From Octopus sinensis (taxonomy: Eukaryota): DNA of 64,000 nucleotides. The notes under the pieces were generated by a model. The model was not told the DNA's origin. It did no database searches and was given only the letters and a program-made list of their open reading frames with translations. How positions within the stretch are numbered: position 1 is the stretch's first letter; every line of letters starts with the position of its first letter. The position numbers and the translations under genes were made by a program. Shown piece by piece: positions 25,044 to 37,084 of the stretch. Where the stretch lies: contig NC_043013.1 of the NCBI RefSeq assembly GCF_006345805.1, positions 38,750,001 to 38,814,000 on the forward strand. Reading direction: 5' to 3'.

Positions 25044-26753
25044 CACTTGCGTCGGAAATTAATTAGCACTTCTCAAATTTCTACATTTTCTTACATTTTC
25101 TTAATTTAATTAACTTATTATCAGAAACGAACTCGTTTTTAATCAAAAATTTATTAAAACATATCTCAGCACACCACATAATTGTTATTAATTGTGAAAT
25201 TTAGTCAATATCTTGTTGCTCCTCCTTTGGCAGCAATGACAGCTGCTACGCGGGTCGGAATGCTGTCTATGAGTGCCTGCAGGTACTGTGCAGGGATGGC
25301 CCCCCATGCAGCAAGAAGTGCCCCAAACAGCTCGTGTCGGTTCCTGTATTGCTGCACATTCAAATCCCTACCCAATCGACTCCAGAGGTTCTCAATAGGG
25401 TTCAGGTCAGGTGACTGGCCAGGCCAGTCCATGACCGTCACCCCATGGTCCTTGAAGAAACCGGTTGTGAGCTTGGCTGTGTGGGAAGGCGCGTTGTCCT
25501 GCTGGAGCACGTACTCCTCGCCACCAAAGAGGTATCCCGTACTATCTCAACGTACTTTGCTGCGTTGATGTTGCCTTCAACGGCATAGAGCCACCCAACA
25601 CCACTGTAGCTGAACGCCCCTCACACCATCAGACCACCACCACCATGCTACATGGTGGGAGCAATGCAGTTTTTGTTGAAGCGCTCACCCCTGCGGCGTC
25701 GCACATGGACAGGCTTGTCACTGACGAGACTGAATCGCGACTCGTCAGTGAACATCACTATCCGCCACTGCTGAACGGTCCATGTCTTGTGGGCACGGGC
25801 CCAGAGCAGCCGCCTCGTCCAGTTTTGGGCTGTAAGGAGCAGCTTACGGGCGGCCCTACAGGAATTTAGACCAGCTTCCAGTAATCTGGTCTTGACGGTG
25901 GTTGTAGACAACTGCTTCCCTGTCATCTTTTGCATCTCCTCCGCCAGTTGCCGGCTCGTTGCCCTTCGGTTGTACAGTGACTTTCGGATCAGCATCCGGT
26001 CCTCCCGCTGGGTCATCAGCCTCTTTCGTCCCCTACCCTTTTTGTCAGCTGCTGATCCGGTTTCCTCGTATTTCTTAAATAAGCACTGAATTGTGCGCCT
26101 GGCTACACCAAGTTTTCTGGCTATTGCAACCTCCGACAGCTTCCCACGCCACGAGAGAGCCTCGTACCGTCTCTCCAAGGTCATGCGAGGTCTTGGGCCA
26201 TCTAGGAATGAACGATAAAAACCAGTTATTTTCATTAAAACTATTCATTTGAATAATGTTATGCTATAACAAAACTGCTATGAGTTATTATTCATTAAAC
26301 AAAAAAGAAAGAAAGCAGAATTTCTCACCTTATTTGATGTATAACAGAAAGTTTTGTGAACCGGAAGTGACGTCACCAAGCAGAGTGTAGGAGAATTTGT
26401 GAGGAAAAAAAATCTTGCAAATACACAAATCAATTAACCTACGAGATGTTCAAAACGTCTTACGCGATGAGAAAACTTAGTACGGTGTGATTTCGGTCCT
26501 TGCGAGGCGTTACCTATATCTATTAAACAAAGGAAGATTTGTCTGCATCCGCACTCCAAGTTGTTGTTGCACTGCTATGTCAACATCATTAGGCTGTAGA
26601 CTCTCAAACTGCTCTGCAAACAAAGTTACGTCATCGTTCTGCACAACAGTGAACTCACAACAAAGCAATAGTTCGAGATATGGCCACTAGGTGACAGCAA
26701 ATACCTTGAGTGAAGAGCAAATCAAGGGTGCTAATTAATTTCTGACGGTAGTG
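25044..26753 (-). mobile_element. Full-length inactive Tc1 (DD34E) transposon, present only in arm A
   Basis: 26-bp TIRs (cacttgcgtcggaaattaattagcac / cactaccgtcagaaattaattagcac) with TA on both sides. Transposase has an HTH region, MFTDESRF and QQDNAPSH-x-SPDLNPIE with 34 spacing. Stops in the KHGGG..MVWG segment. Confidence 0.95.
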
Positions 26754-27138
26754 TATATATAAATCAGAAAAAAACCCACCTTTTATCAATTCAATTATAC
26801 CATCTAGAAAAATGACATCTTATAGAAAGATTAAATATAAGACAATTAATCATTGTTATATGTTTTATCTTATATTTACTCTTTCTATAAGATGTATTAG
26901 TCCGTTGTTTGTATTATAGTGCATTGTTTTACCATTCAAAACTTTTTATTCTTTAGCCGGAGCACAGCCTTGAGGAGTTTTAGTCGAACAAATCGCCCAA
27001 CTGAACTTTTTTTTTAAGCTTAGTACTTATTTTATCAGTATCTTTTGTTGAACTGCTAAGTTATAAGGATGTAAACACACCAATACTGGTTGTCAAGTGG
27101 TAATGTAGGACACACAAAAACACACACATAAATATATA

Positions 27139-28515
27139 TTGGGTCATCCCATAAATAATATGGTTTCTCATACTTTTATTTTTCAAAATTAAGATTAAGT
27201 TCTTTGTTAATCTAAAATATGCTCTCCTTTATTTTCTACAATGCTCTTCCATCTATCTGGTAGACTTGTAAGGCCCCTCTACCAAAATTCACTTTTCTGC
27301 AACAAAAAATACTCCTTCAGTACTGTTCTGATCTCATCTAGAATTTATATTTTTCCCTCTAAATTATTTTGAAGATTGCAGAATAAGTGATAATCAAATG
27401 GGACAATGTCCAGCAAAATATGGTGAGTGGTGCATCGGCTCCCATTCAAACTCCTCCGGCCTTTGGAATGTCATCCTCACTGTATGTGGCTGAGCATTAT
27501 CCTCATGGAAGAACACCTTTCGTCTTGAAACTAAAGACGGTCGTTTTTCTTCTAGTGCTGTCTTAAGCCACTCAAGCTGCTCACAGTATGTGTCCTTTGT
27601 TATCGCTTGTTTTGGGTCATCCCATAAATAATATGGTTTTTCATACTTTTATTTTCCAAAATTAAAATAAAGTTCTTTTTTAATCTAAAATATGCTCTCC
27701 TTCATTTTCTACAATGCTCTTCCATCTATCTAGTAGGCTTGAAGATTTAAAACCTTTCAAATCCTACCAAACCTTTCAAATACTACCAAACAGATAACAA
27801 CACCTTACGTGGGTGAAGACCTTCTTTAGCCTGAGGTACCAGTGTTTCTCCTTTCCCTACCCACTATCTTCGGCACTTGACAATCACTATTCGGCCCAGA
27901 AGAGATTCATTCGTGAGACGTGAGAGCAAAGAAGAACACACATTCAATCACTACGTGCGATTAGACTGGACATGTTTGTGAGGAACACATTGACCCAATT
28001 TGCTGACTTTTCCGATAGCACACAGGTGTTGATGAACGGTCGAATGATCAAATCCAAGCGTCTCTCCTAGTTCCTCAACAGTTACCATAGGATTTTGTCC
28101 CACCAGGTTTTGCAGGATGTCCTCGTCAAGCTATACAGATCTTCTAGGACGAGGCTCGTCTTCTAGGCTGTAGTTCCAGCTCAGAATTTCTGGAACCACG
28201 GTTGACACTTGCTTACACTTATTGTCCGATCCCCATATACTGCATTAATATTCCTCGCACATTCCATTGCCTTGTTGCCTTAATTGAACTCATAAAATAA
28301 AATATGCCGAATATGCTATTTTGTCAATTCCATTATAGCTTTGAAAAAATAACTGTTAAAATCAAACTGCACTCTTCAAAACTTGCACTGAGAATAAGGA
28401 CAAGGTAAAATTACTACCTGCTTTTATAGCAAGTTGATCAAGTAGTTTATCCCATCCCCCTCTGACTTTAAGTTCATACAATTGAAAAAACTGCATCATT
28501 TATGGGATGACCCAA
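27139..28515 (-). mobile_element. Dead, rearranged mariner (DD34D-type), arm A copy
   Basis: TA-flanked TIR ttgggtcatcccataaat; reverse complement of 51122-52508. Confidence 0.9.
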
Positions 28516-28520
28516 TACAT

Positions 28521-28553
<33 letters not shown>

Positions 28554-28833
28554 CGACGGGCTTCTTTCAGTTTCCATCTACCAAATCCACTCACAAGGAT
28601 TTGGTCTGCCTGAAGCTATGTTAGAAGACACTTGCCCAAGGTGTCACGCAGAGGGACTGAATCCGGAACCATGTGGCTGGTAAGTAAGTTACTTACCACA
28701 CAATCACGTCTGCACCTATATATATGTCATCATCATCATCATCTCATCCCAAAAATGCCAGTGTGAAGACATGTAGGAATAAACATTCACAAATGCATAT
28801 GCCTGTCACGAATCATGTTCATAATCACATATA

Positions 28834-29066
28834 CAGGGTTGGCCAAAAGTCACCCGACAGTAAATCAAAAGTCCATAAATACTCTCTGGAATTCTGTATT
28901 GACTTGAATGGGAAAATGAGTCGCTCAGGAAGGACTTCAGTTTGGACAATATTCATGATGTTTCATATTTAGATGCTTTTATTAAATTCTTTCACTTGTT
29001 AAACATAAATAAATCTTGGAATTAAATGGTTTTGATTTACTGTCAGGTGACTTTTGACCAACTCTG
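28834..29066. mobile_element. 233-bp Tc1/mariner-type MITE (arm B copy at 50565-50797)
   Basis: TA-flanked ~37-bp TIR cag(g/a)gttgg(c/t)caaaagtcacc(c/t)gacagtaaatcaaaa. Confidence 0.88.
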
Positions 29067-29125
29067 TACAAATACACACACACACACATAGATATACACA
29101 CATACATATACATACATACATATAG

Positions 29126-29186
<61 letters not shown>

Positions 29187-29415
29187 TATACACATATAAT
29201 ATATATGTATATAAATATATATATATATATATATGAGTGAGGTCGTTGCCAGTGCCGCTGGACTGGCTCCTGTGCAGGTGGCACATAAAAAGCACCATTT
29301 GAGCATGGCCATTGCCAGTACACACATACATATATACACACATATATATATACATATGCATATATATATACACATATATATACGCATATAATATATATGT
29401 ATATATATATATATA

Positions 29416-29895
29416 TTAATTTCAGGAGTCTCTCAGCGCGCCAGAACCAAGACATTTGAAATTTTATTCCCGATGTAATCAGTAAGACTAAGCACGTGTC
29501 TGTCTTGACACAGAGAGCTGGGGTTAGTCTTGCGGTTTTTCATCTCGAGGACCGAATGTACTGAAGAAGTCACGGACACTTGAATTATGCAAGTAATTCT
29601 TTTGTTAAGACCGAAACCGAGGTATGCATTTAAGTCTGGTATTTATTTAATTTTTCATATGTTCTGCCCGCCAAAGTTGGTTCGGGTGTTCGCTGAATTC
29701 TTCCTCTAGAGAATTTCCCTTGTAGTTTGATCGTTGATGATCTTCTTCTAGCATTCTGGCCGGCTACCTAGCAGGCCAGCCCTGCCAATATACACATATA
29801 TTTGAATTTTCTCTGACTCCTCAGATTTTTTGAATGCTGGACTACTGGTTTTAAATTGATATTAAAATTAATATTAATTTATCTCCCTCAATTTT

Positions 29896-29899
<4 letters not shown>
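29416..29899 (+). mobile_element. Penelope-like LTR/retrozyme-like insertion in a (TA)n tract, arm A only
   Basis: Absent from the matching tract of arm B (~50190-50320). Carries a hammerhead fold. Confidence 0.65.
29554..29631 (+). ncRNA. Putative minimal type I hammerhead ribozyme
   Basis: GAAUGUA-CUGAAGA-AGUC...GACC-GAAA-CCGAGG-UA|UGCAUUU. 7-bp stem I (2 G-U), intact CUGANGA and GAAA boxes, 3-bp stem II, semi-palindromic stem III, GUA cleavage triplet. Confidence 0.7.
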
Positions 29900-29935
<36 letters not shown>

Positions 29936-30456
29936 CGAGGCCGTTGCCAGTGCCGCTGGACTGGCTCCGGTGCAGGTGGCATATAAAAAGCACCATTTGA
30001 GCATGGCCATTGCCAGTACCGCCTGACTGGCCCTCATGCCGGTGGCACGTAAAAGCACCCACTACACTCTCAGAGTGGTTGGCGTCATGAAGGGCATTCA
30101 GCTGTAGAAACTCTGCCAGATCAAATTGGAGTCAGGTGCAGCAGACCTCAGTCACATCATCCAACCCATGCTGGCATGGAAAACGGACGTTAAACAATGA
30201 TGATGATGATATAACATAAACTAAACACAATTGTTTCAATGTGGAAAGTATTATAAGAGTGTAAGTGTAATTTTAAAAAGAATTCTCTTTGTGACATTCA
30301 ATGCAGAAGCATTAAGTAAATGTAACAGAAAAATAAAAACAAGAAGATGCCAAAATAATTCCAGAAGAATATTATATAATGGGTGAGCATCATGAAATCA
30401 CCCAAAGATACAAAGCATATCCTTCACTTGTAAGCAAGTATGACTGGGCAACTTAC

Positions 30457-30572
30457 CTTTGTCCCGGATTCTTGCAGTTTTTCTAGTATAAGAATTAAAA
30501 GACACACAGAGGTCACCAAAATTTTTTTCAACATGTGCTAACCGGTCTTGGACGAATTTTGAAGTAAATGGA
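30457..30572 (-). CDS. FAM92: FAM92-like copy A exon 2 (PFTSKFVQDRLAHVEKNFGDLCVSFNSYTRKTARIRDK)
   Basis: ttttccag acceptor, gtaagt donor, 116 nt. Peptide matches the FAM92 motif VEKHFGELC..F..Y.RKTARLRDK (recalled). Confidence 0.92.
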
Positions 30573-30666
30573 CTGGAAAACAAGAAACAAAAACAATAAT
30601 AATTGCTCCAAACATAGGCATAAGAGCAGATATTGTGGAGAAGGGGTTAATTTTTTATTCACTAGA

Positions 30667-31219
30667 TCAGGGGTTCTCAACCAATTTTTTTTATTTATCT
30701 ATGGACCCCCTTGATTACTATTTTATTCTTGTGGACCCCCACAGTCATTCAATGTTTAACCCTTTTGTTACTGTATTTATTTTGAGATGCTCTTTGTTTC
30801 TTTCAATTATTTTAAATATAACAAAGAGTTTAGTAAAATAACTTAGTTATCAATAAGCTAGTGTTAGGAACATAAATTGAGACTAAGCTTTGGTGAAAGA
30901 TTTTAATTCAAAACTTATGAAAACGAGACATTTGTACTACAGAGCCAGAGCCGGTTTCAGCCAGGTTGGTAACGAAAGGGTTAAAAACTAGAAGCTTCTT
31001 TCAAAATTCCTATTTTGTTTTCCACACATTAACTAGCATAGGTTGATCTATGTAAAGTGTCAGAGAAAGAAACCTAGCCCTTTCTTGCAATACATACCAA
31101 TGCATACATCTAAATCAAAATTTTTTCAGGGGCCCTTAATATACTATTGTGGGTCCCCAATTTATTATTTTGTTACATGGACCCCACCAATCTTATATAT
31201 ACCCTGCTTGAGAACCACT
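30667..31219. mobile_element. hAT/Charlie-like non-autonomous DNA transposon with nested piggyBac-type MITE (30760-30980)
   Basis: Outer ends cagggttctcaacc / gcttgagaaccactg. Inner element ttaa-ccctttt...aaaggg-ttaa. Related pieces at 151-369 and 9400-9715. Confidence 0.7.
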
Positions 31220-34200
31220 GCAGCAGATGATTAATTCCAGGTTTAAAGGGTAAAGATCCCCTTCAGTCATGAATGACTATGGCATTGCGCCTAGAAAGTT
31301 ATCCTGCGAGGCACTAGTCCAGGCAAGGTTGTTTATGGAAGACCAGCAGTCATCCATGCATACCAGCCTCCCTTCACAACACCACGGATGTTATCCAAGA
31401 GAAAAGCAAAGGCTGACACAGCTTGGCACCAGTGATGTTGCAACTCATTTCTATGGCCGAGTGAAGTGGAGCAACATGAATTTGAACTCTGAACGTAAAG
31501 ACAGGCGAAATACCTATTTCTTTACTACCTACAAGGATAGTGCATTTTGCCCGGCATGCTAATGTTTTTTATTTCTTTACTGCCCACAAGGGGCTACACA
31601 CAGAGGGGACAAACAAGAACAGACAAACGGATTAAGTCGATTATATCGACCCCAGTGTGTAACTGGTACTTATTTAATCAACCCCAAAAGGATGAAAGGC
31701 AAAGTTGAACTCGGCGAAATTTGAACTCAGAACATAGCAGCAGACCACTAAGTATTTCGCCCAGCATGCTAATGTTTCTGTCAGCTCGCCGCCTTCGGGA
31801 GTGTAGTGGGTGTTTATTTTACATACCACCAGCACAGGTACCATTGACCTGACACCGACATCGACCACATCTGCGGTCTCACTTGACTTGCTTGTGTAGA
31901 CACCTGTCAAACCAAGTGAGACTGTAGTCGTGGCCAATGGTGGTGTCGTGTTGATGGCACCTGTGCCTGTAGCACATAAAAGACACCCACTACACTCTCG
32001 GAGTGGTTGGCATTAAGAAGGGCATCCAGCCACGGAAACCCTGTCATATCAAATCAGAACCTGGTGCAGCTCCCTGGCTAATCAGTTTTCAGTCAAACCG
32101 TCTAACCCATGCCAGCATGGAAAACGGACGTTAAATGATGATGATGATGATGACTAATACTAATACAGGATCCATGGGGACACATCGATTGACGAGCAGT
32201 TTCAGTTTATCGACCTCGAAAGAATGAAAGGCGGAATTTGAACACGGAACATTCAAGAAACTTAGTACTGCCGCTAAGCAATTTGTCCGACGCGCTAACG
32301 ACTCTGCCAGTCTACCGCCTTAAAATAAGAAAATGTTTATATCTGAAGAGAATGTCATAGCACAGAAGGAATAATTTTATAGCACTGTGTCAGTCGTTTG
32401 TATCACAGACCAAGTGAAATCGATTTGGGATGATGATGTCCGAGTTTTATAAACGAACTCCATGAAAGATCCAAGTTACACAATAACGAGGATGAAAGGG
32501 AGATAACCTAGGCTGTATCTAAAGGTGACGTAACTGCTAAGACTGTTATGTTCTGTTTACTCTTTTACTTGTTTCAGTCATTTGACTGTGGCCATGCTGG
32601 AGCACTGCCTTTAGTCGAGCAAATCGACTGCCAAGGTAGACTTTATCTTTCATTATTTTTTCGGGGTCGATAAAATAAAGTATTCGTGAAATGCTGGCAT
32701 CAAGGTAATCTAGTGACCCTTTCCCTCAAATTTCAGTCCGTGCCCTACATGGGAATGAAAATATATATTTACATAAATGCTACAGATGTCCCTTAAATGT
32801 AATGTTTCTGAATGTATGGGTCTGTGTCAGAGAAAAGCAATTTTTTTTCTCCCCTGCCAGCCAACATCTTGGTATATTACTGGTATATATTATATTGACT
32901 TGACAATCTCCAGAATTGAAAAATATGTTATATTTAAACATTTGGGGGCCAAACACTGAATATCACAACACCGTGTGTAATATTTGGTTATCTTAATTAG
33001 CTGTTTGCACTAATTACACACATGTGCATGTGGCACGTAAAAAGCACCATCCGACCGTGGTCGTTTGCCAGCCCCGTCTGGCACCTGTGCCGGTGGCACC
33101 TAAAAAGCACCCACTACACTCACGGAGTGGTTGACGTTAGGAAGGGCATCCAGCCGTAGAAACATTGCCAGATCAGACTGGGCCTGGTGCAGCCTTCTGG
33201 CTTCCCAGACCCCAGTTGAACCGTCCAACCCATGCTAGCATGGAAAGCGGACGCTAAACGATGATGATGATGATGTAGGTACAGCTGTTAGCCAGTTGAG
33301 GGGCAAAATCAGGTGTTATTTGTTATATAATAACGAATACACACAACAAGAAAAGCAGGTGTTTTGGGATTCGGTATGCTAGAAAAAACAGCTAACAAAA
33401 ATTAAAAGTAGTAACTTTTGTCTGGCCGAGTGTTTGTGCCCTTCATGGTCAGGGTGTTCCTGGAAAAGTGGGTTTCCTTGATTGGCTCTTACTAGTGGGT
33501 CTCCAATATTAGGACTGTTCGTATATTTTGAATACCATGTATACTTTTATGCCATTTTCCCTAATCTCCCTATCTTACTCTCAACTTTTATGCAAGGTCC
33601 CACATTACTATCATTACGGCAGCGAGATGGCAGCATTGTTAGCACGCCAAAATGCTGAGCGGTATTTCTTCCAACTCACTGCGCTCTTAGCTCGAATCCC
33701 ACAAAGGTCGACTTGGCCTCTCATCCTTTTGGGGTCGATAAAATAATCGGTCGAGCACCGGGATCGATATAATCGATTAACCTCACCACCCAAAATGCAA
33801 GCTTTTGTACATATAGTAGAAAGGATTATCATCAGTGTTAATTTCATTAATCCAAAGTTTTCAAGAATTTCTGCAACCTCTTCAGTACAAGGACAGAGAG
33901 CAAGTAACAAAATGGCTGTTGCTTAGCCCAAGGTCAAAGACATTCCAGCCGTGAACATCCCATCTTTTTTAACTACTTTATCTGATTTGTCCTATGCGCT
34001 GGATTGTAAAGTGGGATTTGATGGAAATTTAGCTGCTGTTTCTAGCTGGTTGTACAAATAAGTGGACGTTCCTCTCGGTCACTGCATATATATAACCGTT
34101 GCGTATGGTTATTACATACACACATCGTATATAAACACAGCACATTAAGAGACAGCCAAGTATATAACGTGACAGACAGACAGACAAATATCAGGTTATT

Positions 34201-34748
34201 ACCAATTCAAATATGATTGCAGCATATTCAAACTGTATGAAAGCCACTCACTTTAGAGAGATAGAAAGACAGACAAGAATTTGACCGAAATTTCAAACTC
34301 CAAAGAGACTGGTGTTGGTTTGGCGAAAAAAATTTTGAACTTTTTGTCGAATTTGCTCTGTGTGTGTGTATGTGTGTGCAGGCACAGAGAGAGAGAGGGA
34401 GGGAGAGAGAGAGAGAGAGAGGCGAGCACGTAAGATCGAGAATTAAATAGATTAGAATGTGCAATCATTCACATTAACATTTATACACATTTATCCTGAT
34501 AAAACTAGAGAGATTACGCTGTGACGTGTATAAAACTATTCTACATCGGGCTGTGGAATCATATAAGAAGAGAATGACTAACACGAAAGCAATTCTCATC
34601 TTCTATACTCGCATACTCGGACATTCTTTATAAAGTTTTTACGACACGTCATTGTACAAAGTGGAATAGCTCAGAAATCTTTGTGAAATATTAAAGTAAA
34701 CTCAGTAAGTATATGACGTGAAAAAAAAAAAAATAAACAATGATTTAC

Positions 34749-34780
34749 CTAGATGTAATTTCAGCACCAGATCGATTCAT
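34749..34780 (-). CDS. FAM92: FAM92/CIBAR-like gene, copy A, first coding exon (MNRSGAEITS + AG)
   Basis: Minus strand reads ATG AAT CGA TCT GGT GCT GAA ATT ACA TCT AG|gtaaat. The phase-2 donor joins exon 2 (AG+T = Ser) in frame. A short phase-2 first exon is also how I recall vertebrate FAM92A/B. Confidence 0.75.
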
Positions 34781-35166
34781 CCTTTAATAATAAATAAAAA
34801 AATAAAATTCTGTTGTCAGTGGGAACAAACAAAAACAATGATACCGAAGCTAATCTCACAACAGTAGAGAGCTCCAAAAAGTTGCGGCGGAAGATTCAAA
34901 TTTCAACAGAGTTGTCTCTCAATATGAGGCAGCTTCTGGGATTTTAATTTTTTTTTTATTTTCAAATCTTGTATTTTTTTTTTTACTTGTTTCAGTCATT
35001 AGACTGCGGTCATGCTGGAGCACCATTTTGGAGAATTTTAGTCGAATGAATGACCTCGGTGTTTTTTTTTTCTTTAAGCCTGGTACTTATTTTATTGGTT
35101 TCTTTTGCCGAACCACTATATATGGAGACAGATCAATACCGGTTGACAAGCAGTGGGGGCGGGGAG

Positions 35167-35210
<44 letters not shown>

Positions 35211-36097
35211 ACTCATATATTCTTTTATCCTTTAATACGTTTCAGCCCTAAAGCTGTGGCTATACTGGTGTACTGTACACTCACACACACACATATATAT
35301 ATATTCTTTTACTCTTTTACTTGTTTCAGTCATTTGACTGCGGCCATGCTGGAGCACCACCTTTAGTCGGGCAAATCGCCCCCAGTACTTATTCTTTGTA
35401 AGCCTAGTACTTATTCTAGCGGTCTCTTTTGCCGAACCGCTAAGTTACGGATACGTTTACACACCAGCACCGGTTGTCAAGTGATGTTGGGGGGACAAAT
35501 ACACACACACATACACATATATATACATATATACGATGGGCTTCTTTCAGTTTCCATCTACCAAATCCACTCGCAAGGCTTTGGTCGAACCGAGGCTATA
35601 GTTGAAGATACTTGCCCAAGTTGCCAGGCAGTGGGACTGAACCCGGAACCATGTGGTTGGTAAGCAGGGTACTTACCACACAGCCACTCTTGCTAGTTCT
35701 AAAATCTTTCTAAGAGATCAACGCTGTAGTTGTACTGACAATTAATATTCGTAACCCCTTTGATATGGCCGTCCGTTCGAGCGGACACGGGTGCGACTTT
35801 TTTAACCCCAAGAGGATATCTCCTTTAGCTGGTTAACGATGCACAGCTGCATCCGATAAAACTGCGAGCAGGGGGGCGAACCCCTACCATCTCCCAACGA
35901 CGGGACCAGTAGACCAATCCCGGTTTCGGGCTATTTCTGTCACCCCTCAGTACTCGTCAGTAAATTATAAATTCGAAAGAGAAGCAAACTCTTAGTTATA
36001 GAGCAGTAGAGGATTTAGATAAAGATAGTTATGGCCGATTCACAGGGTGACCCAGAGTTTCGCGTCCATGGCTTTACGTACGTCTCGTCACACCCTA

Positions 36098-36131
<34 letters not shown>

Positions 36132-36132
<1 letters not shown>

Positions 36133-36470
36133 CAAAATAAGCAACAAGAATATCTTCGGTAATTTGGTACGATCGTTTCACGCAACATCATTTTATTAAG
36201 CATTGTAAGTATTACAACAGTTTTAAAATGTTGAGCAATCATCAGCCGTTTATAGAGGTTTTCCATCAATACATATAATTATTTTCATGTTACATTGAAA
36301 GAGTACTGTCTATCATTAACATGAAAATAATTATATGTATTGATGGAAAACCTCTATAAACGGCTGATAATTGCTCAACATCTTAAGACTGGTGTAATAC
36401 TTACAATGTTTAATAAAATGATGTAGCGTGAAACGACCGTACCAAATTACCGAAGATATTCTTATTTTGA
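36132..36470. repeat. ~340 bp foldback element (two ~155 bp inverted arms, ~25 nt loop)
   Basis: Arms such as gaatatcttcggtaatttggtacg / cgtaccaaattaccgaagatattc pair along their whole length. Confidence 0.9.
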
Positions 36471-36613
36471 CTATAATCACCCCATGGATTCATATGGATA
36501 ACACCGTACAAAATTCTGGTGCATCTAACTTAAGTACCATATTCATTTGAATCAAAATTATGCTGAATGTATGTATATATATATATGTATGTATGTATGT
36601 ATGTATGCATATG

Positions 36614-36678
<65 letters not shown>

Positions 36679-36746
36679 GTCTCTGTGTGTTTGTGTGTGT
36701 GTGTGGTGTGTGTGTTTGTGGTGTGTGTGTGTGTGTGTGTGTGTTT

Positions 36747-36787
<41 letters not shown>

Positions 36788-37032
36788 GGAGGCGCGTGTC
36801 TTAGTGGTTAGAGTGTCGGCATCATGAACGTAAGATTGTGGTTTCGATTCCTGGACCGGGTGACGCGTAGTGTTCTTGAGCAAAACACTTCATTTCACGT
36901 TGCTCAGGTCCACTCAGCTGACAAAAATGAGTAACGCTGCGATGGACTGGCGTCCGGTCCAGCTGGAGAACACATACGCCATTGAAACCGGGAAGCCGGG
37001 CCCACGAGCCTGGCTAGGCTTTGAAAGGGCCC

Positions 37033-37083
<51 letters not shown>

Positions 37084-37084
<1 letters not shown>

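Larger units (their letters stand above)
15330..32628. repeat. Arm A of a large inverted segmental duplication
   Basis: Paired ORFs map as reverse complements with consistent coordinate sums: 19364..19558 / 57520..57714 (77078), 22501..22734 / 55352..55585 (78086), 28724..28972 / 50659..50907 (79631), 31269..31562 / 48560..48853 (80122). Ends read by eye. Confidence 0.95.

Noticed and set aside
35900-35970. Hammerhead-like boxes (CTGACGAG...GAAAC) on the minus strand; similar relic at 43676-43712
   Set aside because: Stem I does not pair and stem II or the core is damaged; at most decayed Penelope-type relics.
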